A stretch of DNA of 64,000 nt from Minisyncoccia bacterium (GTDB taxonomy: Bacteria > Patescibacteriota > Minisyncoccia > Phycocordibacterales > UBA9973). The notes under the pieces were generated by a model that had not been told where the DNA came from, made no database searches, and saw nothing but the letters and a program-made list of their open reading frames with translations. Each line of letters starts with the position of its first letter. Positions within the stretch are counted from its first letter, which is position 1. A program made the translations under genes and the position numbers. Location of the stretch: positions 2,637 to 66,636 of the forward strand of contig JBGSSJ010000012.1 in assembly GCA_041737125.1 (NCBI GenBank), given 5' to 3'. Positions 36,745-44,681 of this stretch are shown here, piece by piece.

Positions 36745-39576
36745 CTATACCACGATATTCACCAACCTCCCTTTCACATATATAACCCTCTTTACTTCCC
36801 TACCTTCTATCCATGGCATTATTACCTTGTCTTCTAATGCTTGTTTTTTGATTATTTCTTCATTCATATCTGAGTCTATCATCATCTCTGTACGCACTTT
36901 ACCATTAACTTGAACAACTATTTTGAAATTGCTGTCTATAACTTTCTTCTTATCCCACTTTGGCCACTTCGAGACATGTATGGATTTCTTACTAATCCAA
37001 AGCTCTTCAGTTATATGCGGAGCGAATGGTGAGAGTATCTGCAGAAATAATTCAAAATCTTTCTTTGATATACTTTTCGTCTTCTCTACTTCATTAATGA
37101 AAACCATCATTGCAGATATAGCAGTATTGAAACTCATAGACTCAATATCTTCTGTAACTTTCTTGATTGTTTTATGGAGAAGTGTTTCTAATTCTTTATC
37201 CGTCTTACTTGCAAAACTATTACCACTAATACGCCAAACTTTCTCCAAGAATCTTCTGGAGCCTATAATACTCTCAGTACTCCAGGACACTGCTTGATCG
37301 AATGGCCCTATGAACATCTCATATATACGTAAAGTATCAGCCCCGTATAGCTTTACTATATCTTTCGGGTCAATTGTATTACCTACTGATTTAGACATTT
37401 TTACTCCTCCCTCGGCAAGTATCATGCCATGGGAAGTGCGCTTCATATATGGCTCACTTGTAGGGACAAGCTTCAAATCATATAAGAACTTATGCCAGAA
37501 GCGAGAGTACAGTAAGTGCAGTGTCGTATGCTCCATACCACCGTTATACCAATCTACACCATTCTTCATCCAAGCCCGGAGAGCCTTCTTTGATGCGAGT
37601 TCTTTATTATTCTTCGGATCTGTGTACCTTAGGAAGTACCATGAGCTCCCTGCCCAGTTCGGCATTGTGTCAGTCTCCCTTTTGGCTTTGCCTTTACACT
37701 TTGGGCACTTTGTATTGACCCATTTATGCATGATAGCAAGTGGACTCTCGCCATTATCTGTTGGCACATAAGACTTCACTTTTGGTAAAGTTACCGGTAA
37801 ATCTTTCTCTGGTACAGGGACATAACCGCACTTTTCGCAGTGTATTATAGGTATTGGTTCACCCCAGTACCTCTGACGGGAGAATATCCAATCACGAAGT
37901 TTGTATTTTGTTACAATTTTACCACCAACTGCTTTCGTAATTTCTTTTTGAGCATCTACGTTTGATAAATCATTAAACTTACCGGAATTCACTAATATAC
38001 CTTCGTTTGTATAAGCTTGATCTTTCCCCAACATATTATTCCAGAAAATTACAGCTTCCTCTTTATCGATAATTTTTTCTACTTCTTCTTTAGTAAGCCA
38101 TACTATGTCATGTAAATTCTTCTCATTGTCACTTGTATCTTCTTTCTTTCCATCTATTAATTCAAAATATGCTCCTACTACATTTGCCCATCTATTCTCT
38201 TTTTTGTGAGGTGCATAGAATTGTGCATGAGCTCTACCCAATGTACTTATGAATTTTATATTCTGGTATCCAGTTTCTTCTCTTATTTCACGAGCACCAG
38301 CAATATGAGGATCTTCACCATCAGTTCCACCTATTACGAAAGTCTTCCAATTCTGAGTCTTCCACATTAAGCACAGATACTTATCTTCTGACCAATGCTT
38401 CACTATAGATACAATAGTATCTCTTTTTACAAAAGGTTGATCTTTCCTTATTGCACTCTCACCTTCAGTTGTTATAAAAAGTGGGGCGACAACTTGGCGA
38501 ATCTCTTGATTATATTTCTTCGCAAATAGGAAATCACGTTCATCGTGTGCAGGCACAGCCATAACAGCACCAGTACCATAATTCACCAATACATAATCTG
38601 CAATCCATACAGGTACTTCTTCCCAATTTGCAGGATTTATAGCTTTAATACCTTTCACTTCAACCCCAGTCTTTTCTTTGTCTTCTGCGGTGCGATCGAG
38701 TTCTGACTTTTTCTTTACATCTAAAATATATTTCTCTACTTCATTCCAATTTGAAATTTGTGGTTTCAGTTTATTAACTAATTCATGTTCAGGTGCAAGA
38801 ACAACATAGGTCACACCAAAAAGTGTATCGGCTCTTGTTGTAAATACTTTAATTTTCTCTGGAGAATTTTTTATAGAAAATTCTATTTCACTTCCTTCAC
38901 TCTTCCCTATCCAGTTCCTTTGTTGAATTTTTATCTTCTCTAAATAATCCACATCATCTAGATCTTTATCTAGTCTATCTGCATACTTAGTAATGGCTAG
39001 CATCCATTGCTCTTTCTCCCTCTTCTCTGTATCTCCACCACAGCGCTCACATTTGCCATTTACCACTTCTTCATTGGCAAGGCCTATCTTACAATTCAAG
39101 CACCAGTTTATAAAGGTCTTCGACTTATAAGCCAAACCCTTTTTATACATTTGAAGGAAGATCCACTGTGTCCACTTATAATATTTCGGATCAGTAGTAT
39201 TTACTTCACGTGACCAGTCGAAAGAGAATCCAATGGATTTAAGTTGCTTACGGAACATATCAGTATTCTGTTTGGTTACTTTCTCTGGCTGTATACCTGT
39301 CTTTATTGCGTAATTCTCTGTAGGTAAGCCGAAGGCATCCCAGCCTATTGGGTAGAGAACGTTGTAGCCTTCCATTCTGCGCTTCCTTGAAATTATATCC
39401 ATCGCAGTATTCGAGCGTATGTGGCCCACATGAAGTCCCGCTCCAGATGGGTATGGGAATTCTATAAGTCCGTAGAACCTTTTACCTTTGCCTCCGTTCT
39501 TTGCATGATAAATTTTCTTTTTATCCCAAGCCGCTTGATGTTTCTTTTCAATTTTATTATGGTCGTAGTTTTTCAT
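36745..39576 (-). CDS. leuS: Leucyl-tRNA synthetase with an inserted Nudix-hydrolase-like domain
   Basis: 943 aa; HVGH and KMSKS class I motifs; editing-domain motifs TTRADT and GTGAVMAVPAHDERD; conserved RDWIFSRQRYWGEPIPI. A ~134-aa insertion between the editing domain and the RDW block carries a Nudix box. Confidence 0.85.
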   Translation of the reverse strand: MKNYDHNKIEKKHQAAWDKKKIYHAKNGGKGKRFYGLIEFPYPSGAGLHVGHIRSNTAMDIISRKRRMEGYNVLYPIGWDAFGLPTENYAIKTGIQPEKVTKQNTDMFRKQLKSIGFSFDWSREVNTTDPKYYKWTQWIFLQMYKKGLAYKSKTFINWCLNCKIGLANEEVVNGKCERCGGDTEKREKEQWMLAITKYADRLDKDLDDVDYLEKIKIQQRNWIGKSEGSEIEFSIKNSPEKIKVFTTRADTLFGVTYVVLAPEHELVNKLKPQISNWNEVEKYILDVKKKSELDRTAEDKEKTGVEVKGIKAINPANWEEVPVWIADYVLVNYGTGAVMAVPAHDERDFLFAKKYNQEIRQVVAPLFITTEGESAIRKDQPFVKRDTIVSIVKHWSEDKYLCLMWKTQNWKTFVIGGTDGEDPHIAGAREIREETGYQNIKFISTLGRAHAQFYAPHKKENRWANVVGAYFELIDGKKEDTSDNEKNLHDIVWLTKEEVEKIIDKEEAVIFWNNMLGKDQAYTNEGILVNSGKFNDLSNVDAQKEITKAVGGKIVTKYKLRDWIFSRQRYWGEPIPIIHCEKCGYVPVPEKDLPVTLPKVKSYVPTDNGESPLAIMHKWVNTKCPKCKGKAKRETDTMPNWAGSSWYFLRYTDPKNNKELASKKALRAWMKNGVDWYNGGMEHTTLHLLYSRFWHKFLYDLKLVPTSEPYMKRTSHGMILAEGGVKMSKSVGNTIDPKDIVKLYGADTLRIYEMFIGPFDQAVSWSTESIIGSRRFLEKVWRISGNSFASKTDKELETLLHKTIKKVTEDIESMSFNTAISAMMVFINEVEKTKSISKKDFELFLQILSPFAPHITEELWISKKSIHVSKWPKWDKKKVIDSNFKIVVQVNGKVRTEMMIDSDMNEEIIKKQALEDKVIMPWIEGREVKRVIYVKGRLVNIVV
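38029..38430 (-). other. Nudix-hydrolase-like domain inserted in LeuRS (aa ~383-516); Nudix box at nt ~38263..38331
   Basis: GGTDGEDPHIAGAREIREETGY matches G-x4/5-E-x7-REUxEExGU (Nudix signature with one spacing deviation), flanked by beta-strand-like sequence typical of the Nudix fold. Confidence 0.6.
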
Positions 39577-39584
39577 AGAAAATC

Positions 39585-40142
39585 TTATTTATTAAACTTC
39601 TTTACTGCAAGCCATATGAGTAAACCAAGAGCGATACCAAGTATTGCGACTTTGGATAATCTATCTGCAAGTGACCAGTAGCGCATAGAAGCAATAATAA
39701 GGGATAATACCCCACCCCAAGCAAAAGCTACAGATAGTATAGAAATAGTGATGAATCCAGTCGAAACTATAAGGAATACTCCAAAAATAATCAGAGTGAT
39801 GAAAACTTTCTTCTCATAAGATTCACGAGCTTTGTCATAATTCAACTGATTCGTATAATTAGAATTACAATAACCATCTATTGTAGTTTTACCTTTTTCA
39901 TTAGGATAAGCATTCTCTGTCCACTGTCCTCCAGCAGAGACGCATTTATCTTTCGTTTTTATCTCTTCTACTACTTGGGCTGGCTTTATGTAATCCTCAT
40001 AAACTGGCTCTTTATACACCAGAGAAACAGTATAATTTGCAAATAAATTTATAACAATAATAATAGCGAAAATTATTGAAACATGAACGAACCTCGGTGT
40101 CTTCTTTTCTATTATTTGATTTTGATTTATTTGTGTATCCAT
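39585..40142 (-). CDS. Hypothetical membrane protein (N-terminal TM, cysteine-containing extracytoplasmic domain, C-terminal three-TM bundle)
   Basis: 185 aa; hydrophobic segments at aa ~20-40 and ~110-185. Confidence 0.35.
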   Translation of the reverse strand: MDTQINQNQIIEKKTPRFVHVSIIFAIIIVINLFANYTVSLVYKEPVYEDYIKPAQVVEEIKTKDKCVSAGGQWTENAYPNEKGKTTIDGYCNSNYTNQLNYDKARESYEKKVFITLIIFGVFLIVSTGFITISILSVAFAWGGVLSLIIASMRYWSLADRLSKVAILGIALGLLIWLAVKKFNK

Positions 40143-40185
40143 AATCTGGATTATATCAGAAAATTAGTATATAATATAGCCTATT

Positions 40186-40731
40186 ATGGAACATCTTACG
40201 AAGAAATCCGAAGCAACGCTCGGGCATGCAGCAGCGAATGCTACTAGGTGGATAGGCTCTACCAGATCCCTAATCATCCACACTATCCTATTTGCAGGAG
40301 CTTTTTCTTTAGTATTCTTTGGTTTTGAATTTGATAAAATCCTCCTTGTGGTAACGACTATTGTATCTCTCGAAGCTATATATCTATCTATCTTCATCCA
40401 AATAAGTGTAAACAATCAAGCTAAGCACTTGGAAGAAGTGGCTGAAGATGTCGGTGAAATCCAGGAGGATGTCGAAGGAATTGAGAAAGATATCGATGAG
40501 ATTCAGGAAGACGTGGATGAAATCCAGGAAGATGTGGAAGGTATTGAGAAAGATATCGATGAGATTCAGGAAGACGTGGATGAAATCCAGGAAGATGTAA
40601 GCGAAGAAGATGAGGAAGAAACAATTATAAAACAAGATGAGGCTATGCTCTCTCGCATTGAGAATACACTACAAATACTTATAAAAGATATAGAAGACCT
40701 AAAGAAGCAGCAAGAAAATAAAAACAAGTAA
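40186..40731 (+). CDS. DUF1003-like membrane protein with a C-terminal acidic tandem-repeat/coiled-coil tail
   Basis: 181 aa; two TM helices flanking an SxxxQNRQ-like region (ISVNNQAKH), then EIQEDVEGIEKDIDEIQEDVD repeated. Confidence 0.4.
   Translation: MEHLTKKSEATLGHAAANATRWIGSTRSLIIHTILFAGAFSLVFFGFEFDKILLVVTTIVSLEAIYLSIFIQISVNNQAKHLEEVAEDVGEIQEDVEGIEKDIDEIQEDVDEIQEDVEGIEKDIDEIQEDVDEIQEDVSEEDEEETIIKQDEAMLSRIENTLQILIKDIEDLKKQQENKNK
40456..40600 (+). repeat. 63-bp (21-codon) in-frame tandem repeat, ~2.3 copies, encoding EIQEDVEGIEKDIDEIQEDVD
   Basis: GAAATCCAGGAGGATGTCGAAGGAATTGAGAAAGATATCGATGAGATTCAGGAAGACGTGGAT is repeated with a few synonymous changes. Confidence 0.8.
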
Positions 40732-40754
40732 TTAATTACTTGTTTTTATTTTAT

Positions 40755-41342
40755 CTAATTTTGTTCTAAATTTATTTCTACCTGTCCTTGGCGAAGTATT
40801 TCTACTTTGCCATTCGAGAGCCTTATCAAGGTCGACGGCTTGGCTATACGCGTACTATCATTCACATACAAATCAATATTCTCTCCGAAGTAGCTCTCTG
40901 CCTCTCTTATATTTCGAGCAGGCTCGAGACCTTGCGGATTCGCACTAGGAGCTACAAGTGAGCCTACAGTATTTATAAGGTTGAACAAATCTTCATTCTT
41001 CGCATCTACCATGCGCACTGCTAGAGTATTCCTCCCTCTGTGCAAATAGAACAATGCATCATCATTACTATCAAGTACTACACTCACCTTATCTGGCCAT
41101 ATAGTCTCGAGTATTTTCCTATCTTCTTCACTTAGTTCTACTCCAAGTTTAGTTAAATGTTCATATGAACTTATGAGTACTATGCAAGGCTTATCTGTAT
41201 CACGACCGCGTACTTGGTACAGCTTCTCTACGGCACCCTCATCAAGAGCGCTTGCAAGTACTCCATAAATAGTGTCGGTCAGTGCGACGACTAATCCTCC
41301 ACCTTTTATGACATCTATTGCTTGTATCCAATTACTTTTCAT
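40755..41342 (-). CDS. tsaC: L-threonylcarbamoyladenylate synthase (TsaC/YrdC/Sua5 family)
   Basis: 195 aa; YrdC fold motifs (GGLVVALTDTIYGV, KPCIVLISS, GSLVAPSANP). Confidence 0.75.
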   Translation of the reverse strand: MKSNWIQAIDVIKGGGLVVALTDTIYGVLASALDEGAVEKLYQVRGRDTDKPCIVLISSYEHLTKLGVELSEEDRKILETIWPDKVSVVLDSNDDALFYLHRGRNTLAVRMVDAKNEDLFNLINTVGSLVAPSANPQGLEPARNIREAESYFGENIDLYVNDSTRIAKPSTLIRLSNGKVEILRQGQVEINLEQN

Positions 41343-41351
41343 AAATTTATA

Positions 41352-41729
41352 TTAAGAACTTATAGCAGACAGAGCATTTACTTTCGCTGCTACGATGAAG
41401 TCATTATGGGAAAGCCCACCTATAGCATGAGTAGATAGTACGACGCTCACATTCTTATAATCTGTCAGGTGTATATCTGGATGGTGGCCTTCCTGCTCGG
41501 CAATAGCGCCAACTTTGTCGACGAAATCAAGCGCTTCCTTGAAGTCCGCGAATGCATAATGCTTCTCTATACTATCCCCATCTTTCGACACTTCATAACC
41601 TTCCACTTCTTTTATTAATAAATCCACCTCCTCTTTTATCAGAGGTGCTACCCCACCCTCACACGCTATACACTTTTGTTCTGTTAGATTCATGTACTTA
41701 TTATATACGTAAAGAGTCTTATTTGACAA
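41352..41729 (-). CDS. Pterin-4-alpha-carbinolamine dehydratase (PCD/DCoH)
   Basis: 125 aa; conserved EGHHPD active-site motif. Confidence 0.75.
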   Translation of the reverse strand: MSNKTLYVYNKYMNLTEQKCIACEGGVAPLIKEEVDLLIKEVEGYEVSKDGDSIEKHYAFADFKEALDFVDKVGAIAEQEGHHPDIHLTDYKNVSVVLSTHAIGGLSHNDFIVAAKVNALSAISS

Positions 41730-41769
41730 GGTTATTTATATGTATTAGAATATACACGAACATATGTTC
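41723..41769 (+). promoter_or_regulatory. Near-consensus sigma-70 promoter (TTGACA-17 bp-TAGAAT) with a perfect 12-bp palindrome GAACATATGTTC at the predicted start site, upstream of the sigma-factor gene
   Basis: -35 TTGACA at 41723..41728; -10 TAGAAT at 41746..41751; palindrome at 41758..41769; a small GC hairpin (GCCCG-TGTAC-CGGGC) sits just before the ATG. Confidence 0.45.
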
Positions 41770-41808
41770 ATCTAACAATTCTAAAACGCCCGTGTACCGG
41801 GCTAGGTT

Positions 41809-42672
41809 ATGAGGCAATTAAAAATCGGAACCAAGATTACGAATCGGGATTCGCAGGCAGTAGAAAAGTATCTTCAGGAAATTTCCAAAATCGGCATGAT
41901 CACGCCCGAAGAGGAAACCATTTTGGCCCAACGGATCAAAATGGGTGATCAGCGTGCTTTGGAGCGCCTGACAGCAGCTAACCTTCGTTTTGTGGTCTCC
42001 GTAGCAAAACAGTATCAGCACCAAGGTTTAGCCTTAAGTGACTTGATAAATGAAGGCAACCTGGGACTAATAAAAGCAGCACAGCGCTTTGATGAAACCA
42101 AGGGTTTCAAATTCATCTCCTACGCTGTGTGGTGGATTCGCCAATCAATTTTGCAGGCTTTGGCAGAGCAAGGACGACTTGTTCGCATTCCTCAAAATAA
42201 AATTGGGGTGTATAACAAGGCAAATAGAGCCTACGCAGTTTTCGAACAAGACCATGAACGCGAACCTTCCACTGAAGAACTCGCTGAAATTCTCGAAATG
42301 AGCGAAACCGAAATCAACAACATTTTCCAGAGTAACATCCATCACAAAAGCCTAGATGCAACAGCTGAAGGTGCGCCAGAAGATGCTGGTACTCCTGGTG
42401 ATTTGTTGGAGGCGAGCGAGGACACTGATGACGACATTATGAAGGATTCGCTCCGCGAAGAAATCCGCCTGGTGCTGAAATCCCTCAGCCCTCGCGAAGC
42501 CGAAATTGTTTATGCTTACTTTGGGCTCGATGGCGAAAATGGTGTAACCATTGAGCAGATTGGTCAGAAGTACGATCTTACTAAAGAACGTATCCGCCAA
42601 ATCAAAGAACGGGCAATCAAACGCCTGCAAAAAGCACGTTACAGTAACTCGCTTAAAGCCTACCTCGGGTAG
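41809..42672 (+). CDS. rpoD: RNA polymerase primary sigma factor, short Bacteroidetes-type sigma-A form (regions 1.2, 2, 3, 4 only)
   Basis: 287 aa; starts MRQLKIGTKITNRDSQAVEKYLQEI and ends LKAYLG; region 2 DLINEGNLGLIKAAQRFDETKGFKFISYAVWWIRQ; region 4 HTH. From memory of flavobacterial SigA sequences, the length and both termini match the Bacteroidetes primary sigma factor. GC ~45% versus ~36% flanks. Confidence 0.8.
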   Translation: MRQLKIGTKITNRDSQAVEKYLQEISKIGMITPEEETILAQRIKMGDQRALERLTAANLRFVVSVAKQYQHQGLALSDLINEGNLGLIKAAQRFDETKGFKFISYAVWWIRQSILQALAEQGRLVRIPQNKIGVYNKANRAYAVFEQDHEREPSTEELAEILEMSETEINNIFQSNIHHKSLDATAEGAPEDAGTPGDLLEASEDTDDDIMKDSLREEIRLVLKSLSPREAEIVYAYFGLDGENGVTIEQIGQKYDLTKERIRQIKERAIKRLQKARYSNSLKAYLG

Positions 42673-42759
42673 TAAGCGAAAAATAAAAACCCAAATCTAA
42701 AAACAAATTGCAATGGCTAGACTCAAAAAGTCCGGCCATTTAATTTGCCTAATTTTTTA

Positions 42760-43512
42760 TTAAACTTTCGCTATATTCGCAACTATCGCCTTATGATCAC
42801 TCACACCTTCTACTAATTTCACATTTGTAATTTGATACTGTGGAGTGCTGAAGAGTCCGTCCACCACATATAGTGCTTCACGACTACGGACATCAGGACC
42901 CTTGTGCAAGTTAGCATCTAGAGTCGAATCATATTCAAGGGGAATATTATCTTTATATTTATTTGCAAACATTGCAAATGTCTCACGTCCGCGTGGAGCA
43001 TTGAAGTCGCCACAGAGAATGAGATCATCGAACTGCGAAAGTATACCTAGCAACTTCTGTGCTTGTTCTAACTGGAATGAAGTAGGTGTACCTTTATGAC
43101 TTACAGCTAAGTGCGTATTTGCTATGCGATACATCTTGCCCTCTATCATCATCTCTGACCATAACACGAGCTGATTAGATACATGAGAAGCAATCAACAG
43201 ATCAGCCGAACGCACCCAATTAGGGATATTATCCTCCGTTCCGTTGTAATACTCAGAATGCGATACACTTTCGAAACGTGTAAAGATAGCAATGCCTTGA
43301 GTATGAGTTGTCTCCCCTTTTGTCCGAGGTGATGGGTGAATGGACATCGGTTTGAAAGTTCCTTTCATTCCTAGAGCCTCTTCAAAGCGAGGTATGTCTA
43401 CATCGTATATTTCCTGGAAGCAAACTACGTCGGGCTTCTCAGACACAAGAAAAGGCACTATTCTCTCATAGTGCATATCCATTTCTATATTTAGTGAAAT
43501 AAATTTAATCAT
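42760..43512 (-). CDS. Endonuclease/exonuclease/phosphatase (EEP) family protein
   Basis: 250 aa; N-terminal (V)CFQE and C-terminal GDFN and SDHKA motifs typical of the EEP fold. Confidence 0.65.
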   Translation of the reverse strand: MIKFISLNIEMDMHYERIVPFLVSEKPDVVCFQEIYDVDIPRFEEALGMKGTFKPMSIHPSPRTKGETTHTQGIAIFTRFESVSHSEYYNGTEDNIPNWVRSADLLIASHVSNQLVLWSEMMIEGKMYRIANTHLAVSHKGTPTSFQLEQAQKLLGILSQFDDLILCGDFNAPRGRETFAMFANKYKDNIPLEYDSTLDANLHKGPDVRSREALYVVDGLFSTPQYQITNVKLVEGVSDHKAIVANIAKV

Positions 43513-44625
43513 TTATATTTTAAATTCTATAACGTCTCCGTCTTTGACTATATAATCCTTCCCTTCTGTACGCACTTTCCCTTTTGCACGTGCATCAGCA
43601 TAGCTACCTGCATCGAGCAGATCCTGGAAGTACACTACTTCTGCACGTATGAACTTATCCTTGAAGTCTGTATGTATAGCCATACCAGCGACTGGTGCAG
43701 TACTTCCATGCTTGATAGTCCATGCACGAGTCTCATCCTCACCTGTAGTGAAATATGTATCGAGTCCGAGTAATTTGTAGCCCTCTTTGATAAGGCTATC
43801 TATGCCATCATCCTGCCCTCCCAATTCCTTCCTGAAGACTTCCTTCTCTTCCCCTTCGAAATCTTTCAGCTCTTCTTCTATCTTCGCATCGAGCACCACA
43901 TAGCGTGAACCCATGCTCATTATGTAGTCAGTAAGTTCTTTGAATATTTCTGGATTAGTCTCATCCAAGTTCTTTGATCCACCTCTTTTGTTTAGTCCGT
44001 AGATGAAAGGTTTGAGTGTCAGCAAGTTCAGCATTTTCACTTTCTCAAGTTCGACTTCTTCGAAGCTGACAGTGTTCGCAAGCTTACCTGCCTCAAACGC
44101 AGCTTCGAGCTTTACAAGTGCATTGTTCTCGATGACGGCTTCCTTGTCGCCCTTCTTTATCTCACGTACCAAATTATTCTTCCTTTTGATAACAGTTTCA
44201 AGGTCGGCAAGTATAAGCTCGAGGTTGATTACTTCTATATCACGAAGCGGATCTATATCGCCATAAACATGGATGACTTCATTGCCACCTTCGCTCTTCA
44301 GTGGGAATATGCGCACCATCTCGAGTATCGCATCTACTTCGCGGATATTGGATAAGAATTTATTCCCCAAGCCTTCGCCAGCCGAAGCTCCCTTCACAAG
44401 CCCTGCGATATCCACGAACTCTATCACAGGAGGAATGGTCTTCCTCGAGTTTGAGAATTCAGACAAGTTCCATATACGCTCATCAGGCACAGGAACAATA
44501 CCCACGGATGGGTCGATAGTACAGAATGGGTAATTCTCCGCAGGAACACCCTTCTTCGTCAAAGCATTAAAAAGCGTCGATTTCCCGACATTTGGTAGAC
44601 CTACAATTCCAATAGATAGTGACAT
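43513..44625 (-). CDS. ychF: Ribosome-binding ATPase YchF (Obg-like)
   Basis: 370 aa; G1 GLPNVGKST, the YchF hallmark NYPFCTIDP, and a C-terminal TGS domain. Confidence 0.9.
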   Translation of the reverse strand: MSLSIGIVGLPNVGKSTLFNALTKKGVPAENYPFCTIDPSVGIVPVPDERIWNLSEFSNSRKTIPPVIEFVDIAGLVKGASAGEGLGNKFLSNIREVDAILEMVRIFPLKSEGGNEVIHVYGDIDPLRDIEVINLELILADLETVIKRKNNLVREIKKGDKEAVIENNALVKLEAAFEAGKLANTVSFEEVELEKVKMLNLLTLKPFIYGLNKRGGSKNLDETNPEIFKELTDYIMSMGSRYVVLDAKIEEELKDFEGEEKEVFRKELGGQDDGIDSLIKEGYKLLGLDTYFTTGEDETRAWTIKHGSTAPVAGMAIHTDFKDKFIRAEVVYFQDLLDAGSYADARAKGKVRTEGKDYIVKDGDVIEFKI

Positions 44626-44681
44626 ACTTAAAATATAGCAGAAAAAAGGAATATTTCAAAAAAATATTATTCTCCTATATA

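Noticed and set aside
40384-40635. Minus-strand ORFs 40384..40635 and 40421..40624
   Set aside because: Antisense to the 63-bp tandem repeat of the plus-strand DUF1003-like gene; the repetitive translation is an artefact.
42145-42630. Minus-strand ORFs inside the sigma-factor gene (42145..42345, 42352..42630)
   Set aside because: Antisense to a strongly supported sigma-70 gene; no motifs.
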